Positions 37,419 to 47,626 are shown, counted from the first letter of the stretch. The stretch is DNA of 64,000 bases from Candidatus Tethybacter castellensis (GCA_036679665.1 JAZHEJ010000042.1:4137-68136), one strand, 5' to 3'. Made by a program: numbers and translations. Notes: a model not told the origin generated them from the sequence alone.

Positions 37419-39734
37419 ATGGCAGCAGAAGGTGACGAACCGCATGAGCGGATTCGACAATTGCGCAAGCTTATCGCCTATCACGACCAACTTTATTTCG
37501 ATCGGGACGATCCACAGATCAGCGATCAAGAATACGACTCGAGCTACACAAAGTTGCTTGAGCTTGAAAAGCGGTATCCGCAATATAGCGACGAAAATTC
37601 ACCGACTGCGCGCGTAGGAGGTTCATACACTCCCACTTTCGCACCGGTCGTCCATCAGGTGCCGATGCTGTCATTGGAAAAAGCGTATCAAATCACTGAA
37701 GTGGAAAGGTTTTGGGCGCGTTTGGCCGGCGAATCCGCCAGGCAAGAATCTTGTATGGCGATGCCTAAACTGGATGGTTTGGCTATCGCGTTGCGGTACC
37801 GCGACGGCAAACTTGTTACCGGCGCCACCCGCGGCGATGGCCAGACAGGCGAGGATGTGACCGCAAACTTGCGTATGGTGCGTGGCATTCCGCCACGCCT
37901 TCTTGCATCAGTGCCGGACGAACTTGAGGTACGCGGTGAAGTATTCATGAGCCCGGACGCTTTCAAACAGGTCAATATCCAGTTGCGCGAAAAAGAACAA
38001 AAGGAATTTGTCAGTCCACGCAATGCGGCCGCCGGAACAATTCGCCAGCTCAATCCGCTACTGGTGCGCAACCGACGGCTGGACTTCAAGGCCTACTGGG
38101 CATGGACAGGACAAAACGATCTGCGGCTGAGCGCTGTTGATACCTTCGCGCAATTGCAAGAACTCGGTTTTGCCATTGTGGAGCCGGTACAGCTGATTGA
38201 TTCGATTGAACAGTTCAAAAGTTATCTTGAGATGTTGATCGAAGTACGCGATAAGTTAGATAGTGAGGTGGACGGAGCAGTGCTCAGAGTAAATGATAGT
38301 ACTTTGGCCGCAAAGCTTGGTGCCAACGCCAAATCTCCGCGCTGGTCGATTGCGTTTAAGTTTCAAGATCTGCATGTTCAAACCGAACTCAAAGACGTGG
38401 TATTTCAGATTGGACGCAGTGGAGTTATAACGCCGGTCGCCAAGCTTAAGCCCGTTCAAGTCAGAGGTGTCACGATCAGTTCCGCAACCTTGCATAACTG
38501 CCAAATTCTTGATCAATTTGAACTTAGGGTTGGCGATATACTTGAAATTACGCGGGCCGGTGATGTAATTCCAAAAATACTCAAAGTGGCAAAGCGGACT
38601 GAAAATGAGCACGCGCGGCACATAAAAGCTCCTGAGAATTGTCCGCGATGCAATAAGACGTTGATCAAAAAATCAGTTGATCTTCAGTGCGAAAATCCAG
38701 CCTGTCAAGGAGTGCTACTGCAACGGCTTAAGCATTTCGTGTCGCGCGACGCCTTGGATATCGAAGGTTTCGCTGGCCAACGCCTTGAACAGCTGGTCAA
38801 AGAGAAGCTGATAAACAGTCCTGCCGACTTGTTTGCGCTAAGCAAAAAGCAACTGGAAATATTTGGTGAAGATGCGCAGCAACTGGCAACCAACCTTGAG
38901 GCTTCGCTAAATCAGGCTCGCGACACGACGCTGGCAAAAGCTTTATTTGCTTTGAGTATTTCCGGATTAGGCGCCGCCGGTGCCAAAGCGCTTGCCGCAG
39001 CATTCGGTTCACTGGAAAATCTGGTTGGAGCTAGCCCTGCGACGTTGAGTTTTTTTAAGCCGGTTCAATTTGAAGTGGCACAAAATGTGCATGAAAGTCT
39101 GCATGGGCTAGGATACATAGAATTGATACGTTTGCGTGATCGAGGGGTGGTTTGGCCACAATTCGTTCCGTCGGGCAACATATTTCCGGTAGCAAGGTTG
39201 CTTAAGCATATTTTGTATTTGGAAAAAGCGCAACAACCCAATGACTGGCCGCGGTTGCCTCCGGTTTTCATCAGTCGGCTAGTCGGCGCCAAAATGATGC
39301 CTGACACTTTCGACAAGCTGCGCAACATTACTAGCAACGATCTGCTTGCAACCGGCATGAGCAAAAACGATGTGACACGATGCGCAACGCAGCTAGATCT
39401 GCTGCTTGCTTGCCCCGCGTTTTTAAATCTGGTACGCGAGTTGGAGGAATTAGCCAAAGTCAGCTGGGGAAAAGCAGCGAGCGCGGCATCTGGACCTTTG
39501 AGCGGACTTACGGTAATCGTGACCGGAACCTTGCAAGGCTATAACCGCCAGCAGGCTTGGGCGCTCGTCGAAAAGTACGGAGGCAAGATAATACAAAACG
39601 TTTCCACCAAGACCGATTTAGTGGTGGCGGGAGCCAAGCCCGGCGCCAGTAAGATTGCCCAAGCAGAAAAATTGGGGATTAAGGTGCTTGATCAAGAACA
39701 GCTGTTTGTTATGCTTGGTAAGCAAACATCTTAA
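37419..39734 (+). CDS. ligA: NAD-dependent DNA ligase
   Basis: Ia domain, adenylation KLDG motif (MPKLDGLA), OB fold, Zn finger (CPRCNKTL...CENPAC), HhH region and C-terminal BRCT domain (GLTVIVTGTL). At 771 aa it is ~100 aa longer than usual. Confidence 0.95.
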   Translation: MAAEGDEPHERIRQLRKLIAYHDQLYFDRDDPQISDQEYDSSYTKLLELEKRYPQYSDENSPTARVGGSYTPTFAPVVHQVPMLSLEKAYQITEVERFWARLAGESARQESCMAMPKLDGLAIALRYRDGKLVTGATRGDGQTGEDVTANLRMVRGIPPRLLASVPDELEVRGEVFMSPDAFKQVNIQLREKEQKEFVSPRNAAAGTIRQLNPLLVRNRRLDFKAYWAWTGQNDLRLSAVDTFAQLQELGFAIVEPVQLIDSIEQFKSYLEMLIEVRDKLDSEVDGAVLRVNDSTLAAKLGANAKSPRWSIAFKFQDLHVQTELKDVVFQIGRSGVITPVAKLKPVQVRGVTISSATLHNCQILDQFELRVGDILEITRAGDVIPKILKVAKRTENEHARHIKAPENCPRCNKTLIKKSVDLQCENPACQGVLLQRLKHFVSRDALDIEGFAGQRLEQLVKEKLINSPADLFALSKKQLEIFGEDAQQLATNLEASLNQARDTTLAKALFALSISGLGAAGAKALAAAFGSLENLVGASPATLSFFKPVQFEVAQNVHESLHGLGYIELIRLRDRGVVWPQFVPSGNIFPVARLLKHILYLEKAQQPNDWPRLPPVFISRLVGAKMMPDTFDKLRNITSNDLLATGMSKNDVTRCATQLDLLLACPAFLNLVRELEELAKVSWGKAASAASGPLSGLTVIVTGTLQGYNRQQAWALVEKYGGKIIQNVSTKTDLVVAGAKPGASKIAQAEKLGIKVLDQEQLFVMLGKQTS

Positions 39735-39750
39735 AATTCGCCCTTTGGCA

Positions 39751-40734
39751 ATGATTATTAACAAAACCCCAGCCTTGCTCGATTTTGAAAAGGAGCTGGC
39801 GCCGATTGTCGGGCGGATTGATCAGCTTCAAAACGATCCTGATGCCGGTAGCGTGCAAGAGGTCAGCGACGAGATGATGCGGCTAGAAAAGCAACAACAG
39901 TCCGAATTGCGCAAGTTATATCGCAATTTGGACAGCTGGAATTGCTGTAAAGTTGCCCGACATCCAGATCGACCCCATACCAAAGATTACATTGAGGAAA
40001 TATTTACCGACTTTACCGAGTTGCATGGCGACCGTATGTATGCCGATGACAAAGCTTTGATCGGAGGCATGGCGCGCTTTGACGATGTGCCGGTGATGGT
40101 GATCGGACACCAAAAAGGAAGGGGCACTGAAGGAAGGATTGCTTGCAACTGGGGCATGCCTCATCCGGAAGGATACCGTAAGGCGCTACGTTTGTTACGA
40201 ATTGCGGAACGCTTCAAACTACCGGTCATTTCGTTTATCGACACTCCCGGAGCATTCTGTGGCGTCGGGGCTGAAGAACGTGGCATGTCGCACGCTATCG
40301 GTGTCAATTTGGCAGCGTTGGCAACGCTGCAAACTAGGATAATCGCGGTGGTTATAGGAGAAGGAGGCTCCGGAGGCGCACTGGCAATCGGGGTATGCGA
40401 CGAGTTGTTGATGTTTGAAAATTCGATTTATTCGGTTATCAGTCCTGAGGGCTGTGCTTCAATCTTGTGGAAAAGCGGCAACGGTACGGCTGAGCAGGCC
40501 GCCAATGCACTGCAAATGCGAGCGCGTGATCTGCACAAGCGCGATTTGGTCGATAAGATAATTCCCGAAGCGATCGGAGGAGCACACCGCAATCCTGATC
40601 TGGCAGCGAAGAATCTGGCCGATGCGCTACGTTCTTCGCTCAAAAATTTATTCAGCCAGCAGCTGGAGACTTGCCTTGCCAAACGAACAAAAAAACTGCG
40701 CGAATATGGCGTATTTTCTGAACGAAGAAGTTAA
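39751..40734 (+). CDS. accA: Acetyl-CoA carboxylase carboxyltransferase subunit alpha
   Basis: LDFEKELAPI..., HPDRPHTKDY, FIDTPGAFCGVGAEERG and GEGGSGGALA motifs. I chose the start at MIINKTPALLDFE. Confidence 0.9.
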   Translation: MIINKTPALLDFEKELAPIVGRIDQLQNDPDAGSVQEVSDEMMRLEKQQQSELRKLYRNLDSWNCCKVARHPDRPHTKDYIEEIFTDFTELHGDRMYADDKALIGGMARFDDVPVMVIGHQKGRGTEGRIACNWGMPHPEGYRKALRLLRIAERFKLPVISFIDTPGAFCGVGAEERGMSHAIGVNLAALATLQTRIIAVVIGEGGSGGALAIGVCDELLMFENSIYSVISPEGCASILWKSGNGTAEQAANALQMRARDLHKRDLVDKIIPEAIGGAHRNPDLAAKNLADALRSSLKNLFSQQLETCLAKRTKKLREYGVFSERRS

Positions 40735-41677
40735 CCAGGTTACCGCTGCGGTAAACAATTGCCTGGCAACGGCATTGCCTAAAGGCGGCAAAGTCGTGGT
40801 CGGCTATTCGGGCGGATTGGATTCGGCGGTATTGCTTGGCGCATTGCGCTTATGCGCTAACGATAATATCACCATCAGTGCTGTACATATCAATCATCAG
40901 CTCCACCAAAACGCGTTGACGTGGGCACGACATTGTCAGCGCCGTTGCCGGATTTGGAAAGTTCCGTTGCAGATTATCAATGTCAAACTTGACTCGAGAC
41001 CGACTGGGCTTGAAGAACGAGCGCGTCGCGCGCGCTTGGCGGTGTTTGCGGCAACTGATGCGGATGCGGTGCTGTTGGCTCATCATGCTGATGATCAGGC
41101 TGAAACCTGTCTGTTGCGCGCTTTACGCGGTAGCGGAGTTACCGGATTAGCCGCGATGCGCCAAATCAGCCGCTTGCCGCGCAGTGACAAATCGTTATTG
41201 CGGCCATTGTTGGGAATTAGGCGTTCGGTGCTTGGCCGTGCAGCTCAAAACTTACGGGTGCGCGGGGTGCGCGATCCGAGCAATTACCTGTTGCATTTCA
41301 ACCGCAACTGGTTGCGTCACGTATTTTTACCCGAAGCTGAAAAACGACTGCCTGGGCCTACTTTCGCGCTGAACAAACTTGCCGCCAACGCCGCACAAAC
41401 CGAACGGTTGCTAAACGACCTAGCCGCGCATGACGACCAATGTTGTCGGTCTAACGGAGCCTTACAACGCGGTTTACTCGTCGCGCAAGGTAGATTGCGG
41501 GTGCGCAATTGGCTACGTTGGTCATTGCAACAACAAAAGGTGGTACTGTCTAGCGGCAAGCATTTAAGCGAAGCGGCGCGTCAGCTGTGTGCGGCGCGGG
41601 GCACGCTTACGTTGTCGTTTGGCACGGTCCATCTGGCTGTCGGCAAACAACGCTTGAATTGGCAACAACTCCACTGA
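40706..41677 (+). CDS. tilS: tRNA(Ile)-lysidine synthase (short form, ~323 aa)
   Basis: PP-loop motif VVGYSGGLDSAVLL and HHADDQAETCLLR. It is downstream of accA, as in other gammaproteobacteria. The ATG at 40706 overlaps the accA end by 29 nt. Confidence 0.8.
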   Translation: MAYFLNEEVNQVTAAVNNCLATALPKGGKVVVGYSGGLDSAVLLGALRLCANDNITISAVHINHQLHQNALTWARHCQRRCRIWKVPLQIINVKLDSRPTGLEERARRARLAVFAATDADAVLLAHHADDQAETCLLRALRGSGVTGLAAMRQISRLPRSDKSLLRPLLGIRRSVLGRAAQNLRVRGVRDPSNYLLHFNRNWLRHVFLPEAEKRLPGPTFALNKLAANAAQTERLLNDLAAHDDQCCRSNGALQRGLLVAQGRLRVRNWLRWSLQQQKVVLSSGKHLSEAARQLCAARGTLTLSFGTVHLAVGKQRLNWQQLH

Positions 41678-41708
41678 TGTGGGCTGATTGATAGAATTTG
41701 CCGCACAG

Positions 41709-41737
41709 TTGACATTATTCGCTGATTTGTATATTCA
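41709..41737 (+). promoter_or_regulatory. Sigma70-like promoter candidate directly upstream of nuoJ (TTGACA-17 nt-TATTCA)
   Basis: A perfect TTGACA at about 41709-41714, with a -10-like TATTCA at 17-nt spacing (or TATATT at 15-nt spacing). It ends about 6 nt before the nuoJ ATG. No SD is visible. Confidence 0.35.
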
Positions 41738-41743
41738 GATTAA

Positions 41744-42412
41744 ATGAGCGCGATCGAAGTTTTTTTATTTTATTTAACCGGTCTGATCCTAGTGATGTCG
41801 GGCTTGGCGGTAATTTCGCTGCGTAATCCAATCCATTGCGCGCTGGCTTTGGTGCTGGCTTTTCTGGTTGCGGCTGTCCAGTGGCTTTTGTTGGGGGCGG
41901 AATTTTTAGCCTGGGTGCTGGTGCTAGTTTATGTCGGCGCGGTAATGGTGTTGTTTTTGTTTGTAGTGATGATGCTTGATATAAGTTTGGTCAAACTCCG
42001 TGAAGGTTTCTGGCGATTTTTGCCGCTGGGGTTGATCGTTGCCGGTACGTTAGCGGTGCAAATGTTTTTGGTGTTTAGTGGCGATTATTTTCAAGGCGCC
42101 CAAGAGGCTTTGCCCAAATCGGCGGTCGTGCCCGACGATTACAGCAGCATCCGCGAGTTGGGCAAGGTGATCTATACCGACTATCTGCTTGCATTCGAGT
42201 TGGCTGCGATATTGCTGTTGGTAGCAATCGTAGCGGCGATTTCGCTGACCGTACGTAGTCGCAAGGACACCAAGCAACTTGATCCGGCAGGCCAGGTAAT
42301 TGTCAAAGCCGATGATCGTATGCAGGTTGTCGCACTTGAGCTGGAAAAACCTGCGGCGGTGCCTGACGAAAATCAAGAACCAGAGCCGTCAGATGACGGC
42401 AAGGACAAATAA
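41744..42412 (+). CDS. nuoJ: NADH-quinone oxidoreductase subunit J
   Basis: Typical NuoJ N-terminus ([17 protein letters not shown]...[16 protein letters not shown]) with a hydrophilic C-terminal tail. Confidence 0.85.
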   Translation: MSAIEVFLFYLTGLILVMSGLAVISLRNPIHCALALVLAFLVAAVQWLLLGAEFLAWVLVLVYVGAVMVLFLFVVMMLDISLVKLREGFWRFLPLGLIVAGTLAVQMFLVFSGDYFQGAQEALPKSAVVPDDYSSIRELGKVIYTDYLLAFELAAILLLVAIVAAISLTVRSRKDTKQLDPAGQVIVKADDRMQVVALELEKPAAVPDENQEPEPSDDGKDK

Positions 42413-42416
42413 GAGC

Positions 42417-42725
42417 ATGATCGTCACGTTGTCGCATTATTTGATGCTAGGCTCAATCTTGTTTTTGATCGGGATCGTCGGAGTATTCCTTAATCGTAAG
42501 AATATATTGATCGTGCTGATGTCGATCGAACTTATGTTGCTGGCGGTTAATTTTAATTTTATCGCTTTGGCCAGCTTTCAAAATGATCTGGCCGGTGAAA
42601 TTTTTGTATTTTTTATCCTAACCGTGGCGGCGGCGGAATCGGCAATTGGTTTGGCAATTCTTGTGGTGGCTTTTAGGCTACGTAAATCAATCAATGTTGA
42701 TGACTGGGGCAAGTTGGCGCGTTAG
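42417..42725 (+). CDS. nuoK: NADH-quinone oxidoreductase subunit K
   Basis: 102 aa with three TM helices and the motifs [12 protein letters not shown] and [11 protein letters not shown]. Confidence 0.9.
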   Translation: MIVTLSHYLMLGSILFLIGIVGVFLNRKNILIVLMSIELMLLAVNFNFIALASFQNDLAGEIFVFFILTVAAAESAIGLAILVVAFRLRKSINVDDWGKLAR

Positions 42726-44675
42726 ATGGAAACCCTGATATCTTGGGTAGTTTTGCTACCGTTGATAGCCGCAATCTGTTGCGGGGCAGGCGGACGCGTG
42801 CTTGGGCGAATACCTTCAGCGGCAACGGCGATTGCCGGCGTGGGCGGGTCTTGCGCACTGTCAGTGCTGATCGCGTTCGAAGTAATCGGCAATGAGGTTA
42901 TCTACAACTTTGACTGGTATATCTGGGCGCAAATAAGCGACTTAAAAATCAGCATCGGCTTTTTGGTCGACGGACTTAGCGCGGTGATGATGGTTGTCGT
43001 CACATCGGTTTCGCTGATGGTGCATATTTTCACGATGGGCTACATGCGCGACGATCCCGGTTATCAACGCTTTTTCGCTTACATCGCGCTGTTTACTTTT
43101 GCGATGCTGATGCTGGTGATGAGCAATAATTTTATGCAGCTGTTTTTTGGTTGGGAAGCGGTGGGGCTGGTGTCTTATCTGCTTATCGGATTTTGGTTCA
43201 AGCGGCCTACGGCGATAGCGGCCAATCTTAAAGCGTTTATCGTAAACCGGGTCGGTGATTTTGGTTTTTTGATTGGAATCGGCTTGGTGTTGGCGTTTGC
43301 CGGTTCGCTCGATTATCAGGAAGTTTTTGCGGTGCGTGAGAATTTAGCCGGACAAACTATCAACATTCTGCCCCAACTAGCTTGGCAGGTGCCGACCGTA
43401 ATTTGCCTAATGCTGTTTATCGGCGCGATGGGCAAGTCGGCGCAATTCCCGCTTCATGTCTGGTTGCCGGATTCGATGGAAGGACCCACCCCGATCTCGG
43501 CGTTAATCCATGCCGCCACCATGGTTACCGCCGGCATCTTTATGGTTGCCAGAATGGAACCTTTGTTTGAAATGTCGTCAACAGCACTAACTACGGTGAT
43601 GATTGTTGGCGGTATCACCGCGTTTTTCATGGCCTTACTCGGCTTGGTGCAACATGACATCAAGCGGGTAATCGCCTATTCAACCCTTTCGCAACTTGGT
43701 TATATGACCGCTGCGCTAGGTGCTTCAGCGTACTCTGTGGCCATTTTCCATTTGACCACCCATGCTTATTTCAAGGCGTTGTTATTTTTAGGAGCAGGGG
43801 CGGTGATTGTCGCTTTACATCATCATCAGGACATGCGCGTGATGGGAGGTCTGGGCAGAAAAATGCCGATTACGTTTATCACGATGTTGGTTGGCGCTGT
43901 CGCATTGTGCGGCATTCCGCCTTTTGCGGGTTTTTTCTCGAAGGATCTGGTTATCGAGGCGGTGGGCCTGTCCGGTCAGCCCGGTAGTCAAGTGGTGTAC
44001 TGGGCACTGGTGGTCGCGGCCGTAATGACTCCGCTGTACACTTTTAGGCTTCTGGCGCTGGTGTTCTGGGGTGGTAGCAGGGCTAAACCGGAAGATTATT
44101 CCCAGGTACGCGACTGTGGATGGTCAATATCTTTGCCGCTAGTCGCTCTGGCAATACCGTCGGCTGTAGCGGGCTGGTTTTTGCTTGAGCCGATGATTGC
44201 GGGAAAAATGTTGTTTACCGCACAAAGTGGTGAGGCAGTTTCTAAGGTTACGGCCGAGTTGGCTGAGCAAGCTCACTCGCCGCTGGCTTTGGTAATCCAT
44301 TCACCGGCCACAGCGGCATTGTGGGCTGCGGTGGCAGGGGTGGCGACGGCTTTGTATTTGTATCTGCTTGCGCCAGATACTCCGGGTGCTCTGGCACGCG
44401 GCGGCGGGCCGATTTACCGGATGTTATTGGCAAAGTACTGGCTAGACGACCTCAATGAATTTTTATTCGCCGGCGGAGCAAAACGTTTGGGTACCATACT
44501 GTGGCAACAGATTGACGACAAGGTGATTGACAGCTCGGTAAACGGGATTGCTAAACTTGTCCGGCGCGGGGCGCAAGCTGCGCGCATGCTTCAAAGCGGG
44601 CTGATTTATCAATATGCGTTCGTGATGATCGTGTGTCTTGTTGCGCTGGCGGCATGGACGTTACAGATCCGATGA
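42726..44675 (+). CDS. nuoL: NADH-quinone oxidoreductase subunit L
   Basis: Antiporter-like subunit with GWEAVGLVSYLLIGFW, HVWLPDSMEGPTPISALIHAATMV and a long C-terminal lateral-helix region; 649 aa. Confidence 0.9.
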   Translation: METLISWVVLLPLIAAICCGAGGRVLGRIPSAATAIAGVGGSCALSVLIAFEVIGNEVIYNFDWYIWAQISDLKISIGFLVDGLSAVMMVVVTSVSLMVHIFTMGYMRDDPGYQRFFAYIALFTFAMLMLVMSNNFMQLFFGWEAVGLVSYLLIGFWFKRPTAIAANLKAFIVNRVGDFGFLIGIGLVLAFAGSLDYQEVFAVRENLAGQTINILPQLAWQVPTVICLMLFIGAMGKSAQFPLHVWLPDSMEGPTPISALIHAATMVTAGIFMVARMEPLFEMSSTALTTVMIVGGITAFFMALLGLVQHDIKRVIAYSTLSQLGYMTAALGASAYSVAIFHLTTHAYFKALLFLGAGAVIVALHHHQDMRVMGGLGRKMPITFITMLVGAVALCGIPPFAGFFSKDLVIEAVGLSGQPGSQVVYWALVVAAVMTPLYTFRLLALVFWGGSRAKPEDYSQVRDCGWSISLPLVALAIPSAVAGWFLLEPMIAGKMLFTAQSGEAVSKVTAELAEQAHSPLALVIHSPATAALWAAVAGVATALYLYLLAPDTPGALARGGGPIYRMLLAKYWLDDLNEFLFAGGAKRLGTILWQQIDDKVIDSSVNGIAKLVRRGAQAARMLQSGLIYQYAFVMIVCLVALAAWTLQIR

Positions 44676-44700
44676 AAACCCGCTTCGAAAGGTTTTAATT

Positions 44701-46167
44701 ATGCTGTCGTGGCTGATCTGGTTACCGGTGATATCCGGCTTGGTTTTGATGACCACAGGCCGGCTACGCTTGCCAGATCAGATTGTCAAATGTTTCGCGC
44801 TAGGCAGCGCCATAGTGGTGCTGGTGCTGAGTCTCATTTTGGCAATTAATTTTGACAATACCACCTCGGAACTTCAGCAGGTGATCGATGTGCCGTGGAT
44901 CGAGGCGTATGGAATCAGCTACTTGCTTGGCGTCGACGGTATCTCTATGCCATTGATTGTGCTCAACGGCATAATAACGGTACTGACTGTTGCCGCCGGC
45001 TGGGTGGTAATCAAGGATCGTTGTGCTTTGTATATGGCGGCCTTTTTGCTGATGTGCGGTTTTGTCAACGGTGTTTTCGCCGCGGGCGACGCGATTTTGT
45101 TTTACGTGTTTTGGGAAGCGACGTTAATTCCGCTGTTTTTAGTAATCGGTATCTGGGGCGGAGACAGAAGGATATATGCGGCGGTAAAGTTTTTCTTGTA
45201 CACTTTTTTCGGCTCGCTACTGATGTTGGTTGCCTTTTTGTACCTGTATACCTTGGCGGACGATTTTGATATTCGCGCAATGCAGGAAGTGCCGGTTTCC
45301 ATGACTGCCCAGACCTGGATATTTTTTGCGTTCTTGCTTGCGTTCGCGGTCAAGATCCCGATGATCCCGGTACATACTTGGTTGCCGGATGCGCACGTGG
45401 AAGCACCGACCGGCGGGTCGATAGTACTAGCGGCGATCATGCTTAAGTTAGGCGGCTACGGGTTTTTGCGATTTTCGTTGCCGATTGTGCCAGAAGCTAG
45501 CCAGGAATATGCTTGGGTTGTAGTCGCTTTGTCACTGATCGCAATTGTGTATATCGGTCTTGTCGCTTTGGTACAGCAGGACATGAAAAAGTTGATTGCG
45601 TATTCGTCGATTGCGCATATGGGCTTTGTTACTTTGGGTATATTTGTTTTCGACGAGCTAGGCATGGTTGGCGCGATGGTGCAGATGGTTTCGCACGGCT
45701 TTATTTCCGGAGCATTGTTCTTTTGTATCGGGATGATGTATGACCGGCTACACACACGCATGATTGCGGACTACGGGGGAGTGGTGAACACCATGCCTAA
45801 GTTTGCGGCGATGCTGATGCTGTTTGCGATGGCCAATGCCGGCTTACCCGGGACTAGCGGATTTGTGGGTGAATTCATGGTTATTTTGTCTGCCCTTAAA
45901 GCCAATGTCTGGATCGGTATTTTGGCCGCCACAACTTTGATAACCGGCGCGGCTTACACGCTGTGGATGTACAAGCGGGCGATTTTTGGCGCGGTGGCCA
46001 ACGATGCGGTGGCTAATTTACATGATGCGACTCGCCGCGAGACGATTATCCTGTGCGCGTTTGCCGGCTTAGTGTTGCTGTTTGGAATTTGGCCGTTTCC
46101 ATTGACCGATTCGGTGCAGGTAACAGTGCAAGATCTAGTTGCCCATGTGGAACGAGGTAAGTTATGA
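44701..46167 (+). CDS. nuoM: NADH-quinone oxidoreductase subunit M
   Basis: Antiporter-like subunit with FYVFWEATLIPLF and HTWLPDAHVEAPTGGS. I chose the start at MLSWLIWLP. Confidence 0.9.
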   Translation: MLSWLIWLPVISGLVLMTTGRLRLPDQIVKCFALGSAIVVLVLSLILAINFDNTTSELQQVIDVPWIEAYGISYLLGVDGISMPLIVLNGIITVLTVAAGWVVIKDRCALYMAAFLLMCGFVNGVFAAGDAILFYVFWEATLIPLFLVIGIWGGDRRIYAAVKFFLYTFFGSLLMLVAFLYLYTLADDFDIRAMQEVPVSMTAQTWIFFAFLLAFAVKIPMIPVHTWLPDAHVEAPTGGSIVLAAIMLKLGGYGFLRFSLPIVPEASQEYAWVVVALSLIAIVYIGLVALVQQDMKKLIAYSSIAHMGFVTLGIFVFDELGMVGAMVQMVSHGFISGALFFCIGMMYDRLHTRMIADYGGVVNTMPKFAAMLMLFAMANAGLPGTSGFVGEFMVILSALKANVWIGILAATTLITGAAYTLWMYKRAIFGAVANDAVANLHDATRRETIILCAFAGLVLLFGIWPFPLTDSVQVTVQDLVAHVERGKL

Positions 46168-47600
46168 GCGCACTCGAGTGGGTAGCGGTATTTCCTGAAT
46201 TGGTATTGCTGACGGGAGCTTTTGCGTTGTTGTTAAGTGCAAGAGTTCAACTTGGATCTTTTTGGCAAGTCGTTGCCGGAATTTTCCCGTTCGTTTTGGC
46301 GCTGATAATCGCATGGCTGACTTGGCCGGAAGAAACGACCGTGCTGTATGAGAAATTGTTGGTATTTAGTCCATTCGGATCGTTGCTAAAAGTAAGCATT
46401 TTGCTGGTGTGTTCCACGGCGCTCGCGTATTCGTTTGAATATCTTGCCGCACGTAAACTATTGACGGCAGAGTTTTTTGCGTTGGCTATTTTCGCCACCT
46501 GCGGAATGCTGCAGCTGGTATCGGCCAATCATTTTTTAACGGTTTATCTCGGTTTGGAATTGATGTCTTTATCGATGTATGCGATGATAGCGTTGCAACG
46601 CGACAATTCGTCTGCGGTTGAAGCGGCGATGAAATATTTTGTGTTAGGCGCGCTTGCTTCCGGCTTGTTGCTATTTGGCATTTCGCTGATTTATGCAGCG
46701 ACCGGCACCTTGGTGATACCTGAAGTTGCTGCTGCGATGGGTGGCGGCGTAGAAGAAACGCGCAACCTGCTGGCGTTCGGGTTGGTTTTTCTGGTCGCCG
46801 GGGTCGCGTTCAAAATCGGTGCGGCACCGTTTCATATGTGGTTGCCGGATGTATACACCGGCGCACCGACCGCGATTACATTGTTTATAAGCACAGCACC
46901 GAAAATCGCGGCATTCGCCATGGCAATTCGGGTGATTATAGAAGCTAACGCTCCGTTGGATGGTGATTGGAGCGGCATGTTGGCGATACTGGCGGTCGCA
47001 TCTATGGCGATCGGCAACATAACCGCGATAGCTCAGCAGAATCTAAAGCGCATGCTGGCCTATTCGGCTATCGCGCACACCGGGTTCATGTTGCTTGGCC
47101 TGTTGGCGGCAACGCCGGATGGTTATGCGGCGGCGCTTTTTTACATTCTTACCTATGCGCTTATGACGCTGGGGGGATTTGGAATGCTGGTACTGTTGTC
47201 ACGCAACAAAGTTGAAGTGGAAAACCTCACTGATATGAAAGGTATGGCAAGGCGCAACGGTCTGATTGCGGTGATGATGCTGATTTTGATGTTGTCAATG
47301 GCCGGGATACCGCCACTGGTGGGTTTTTACGCCAAACTGGCAGTCTGGTCTGCGGCAGTTGAGGCCGGCTGGACCTGGTTGGCGGTTACCGCGGCATTGT
47401 TGTCGGTAGTTGGGGCGTTTTATTACCTGCGCGTAGTCAAGCTGATGTATTTTGATGAACCGGAGGCTGATGCCAAGCCAGTCAACATAGACCGACCCCA
47501 ACTGGCGCTTATTGGTACAAATTGCCTGCTGGTGGTGGTACTGGGTATATTGCCCGGTAATTTACTCCTTGCCTGCCTGTTGGTGTTCGAGGCGCTTTGA
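46164..47600 (+). CDS. nuoN: NADH-quinone oxidoreductase subunit N
   Basis: Antiporter-like subunit with LGLELMSLSMY and HMWLPDVYTGAPT. The ATG overlaps the nuoM stop (ATGA). Confidence 0.9.
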   Translation: MSALEWVAVFPELVLLTGAFALLLSARVQLGSFWQVVAGIFPFVLALIIAWLTWPEETTVLYEKLLVFSPFGSLLKVSILLVCSTALAYSFEYLAARKLLTAEFFALAIFATCGMLQLVSANHFLTVYLGLELMSLSMYAMIALQRDNSSAVEAAMKYFVLGALASGLLLFGISLIYAATGTLVIPEVAAAMGGGVEETRNLLAFGLVFLVAGVAFKIGAAPFHMWLPDVYTGAPTAITLFISTAPKIAAFAMAIRVIIEANAPLDGDWSGMLAILAVASMAIGNITAIAQQNLKRMLAYSAIAHTGFMLLGLLAATPDGYAAALFYILTYALMTLGGFGMLVLLSRNKVEVENLTDMKGMARRNGLIAVMMLILMLSMAGIPPLVGFYAKLAVWSAAVEAGWTWLAVTAALLSVVGAFYYLRVVKLMYFDEPEADAKPVNIDRPQLALIGTNCLLVVVLGILPGNLLLACLLVFEAL

Positions 47601-47626
47601 TCCGGCAGCTTAAAGTCTAAGTTGGA

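Noticed and set aside
42726-47600. Repeated sequence blocks among nuoL, nuoM and nuoN (for example H-x-W-L-P-D… coding stretches).
   Set aside because: This is the expected paralogy of the three antiporter-like complex I subunits. They are not mobile repeats.
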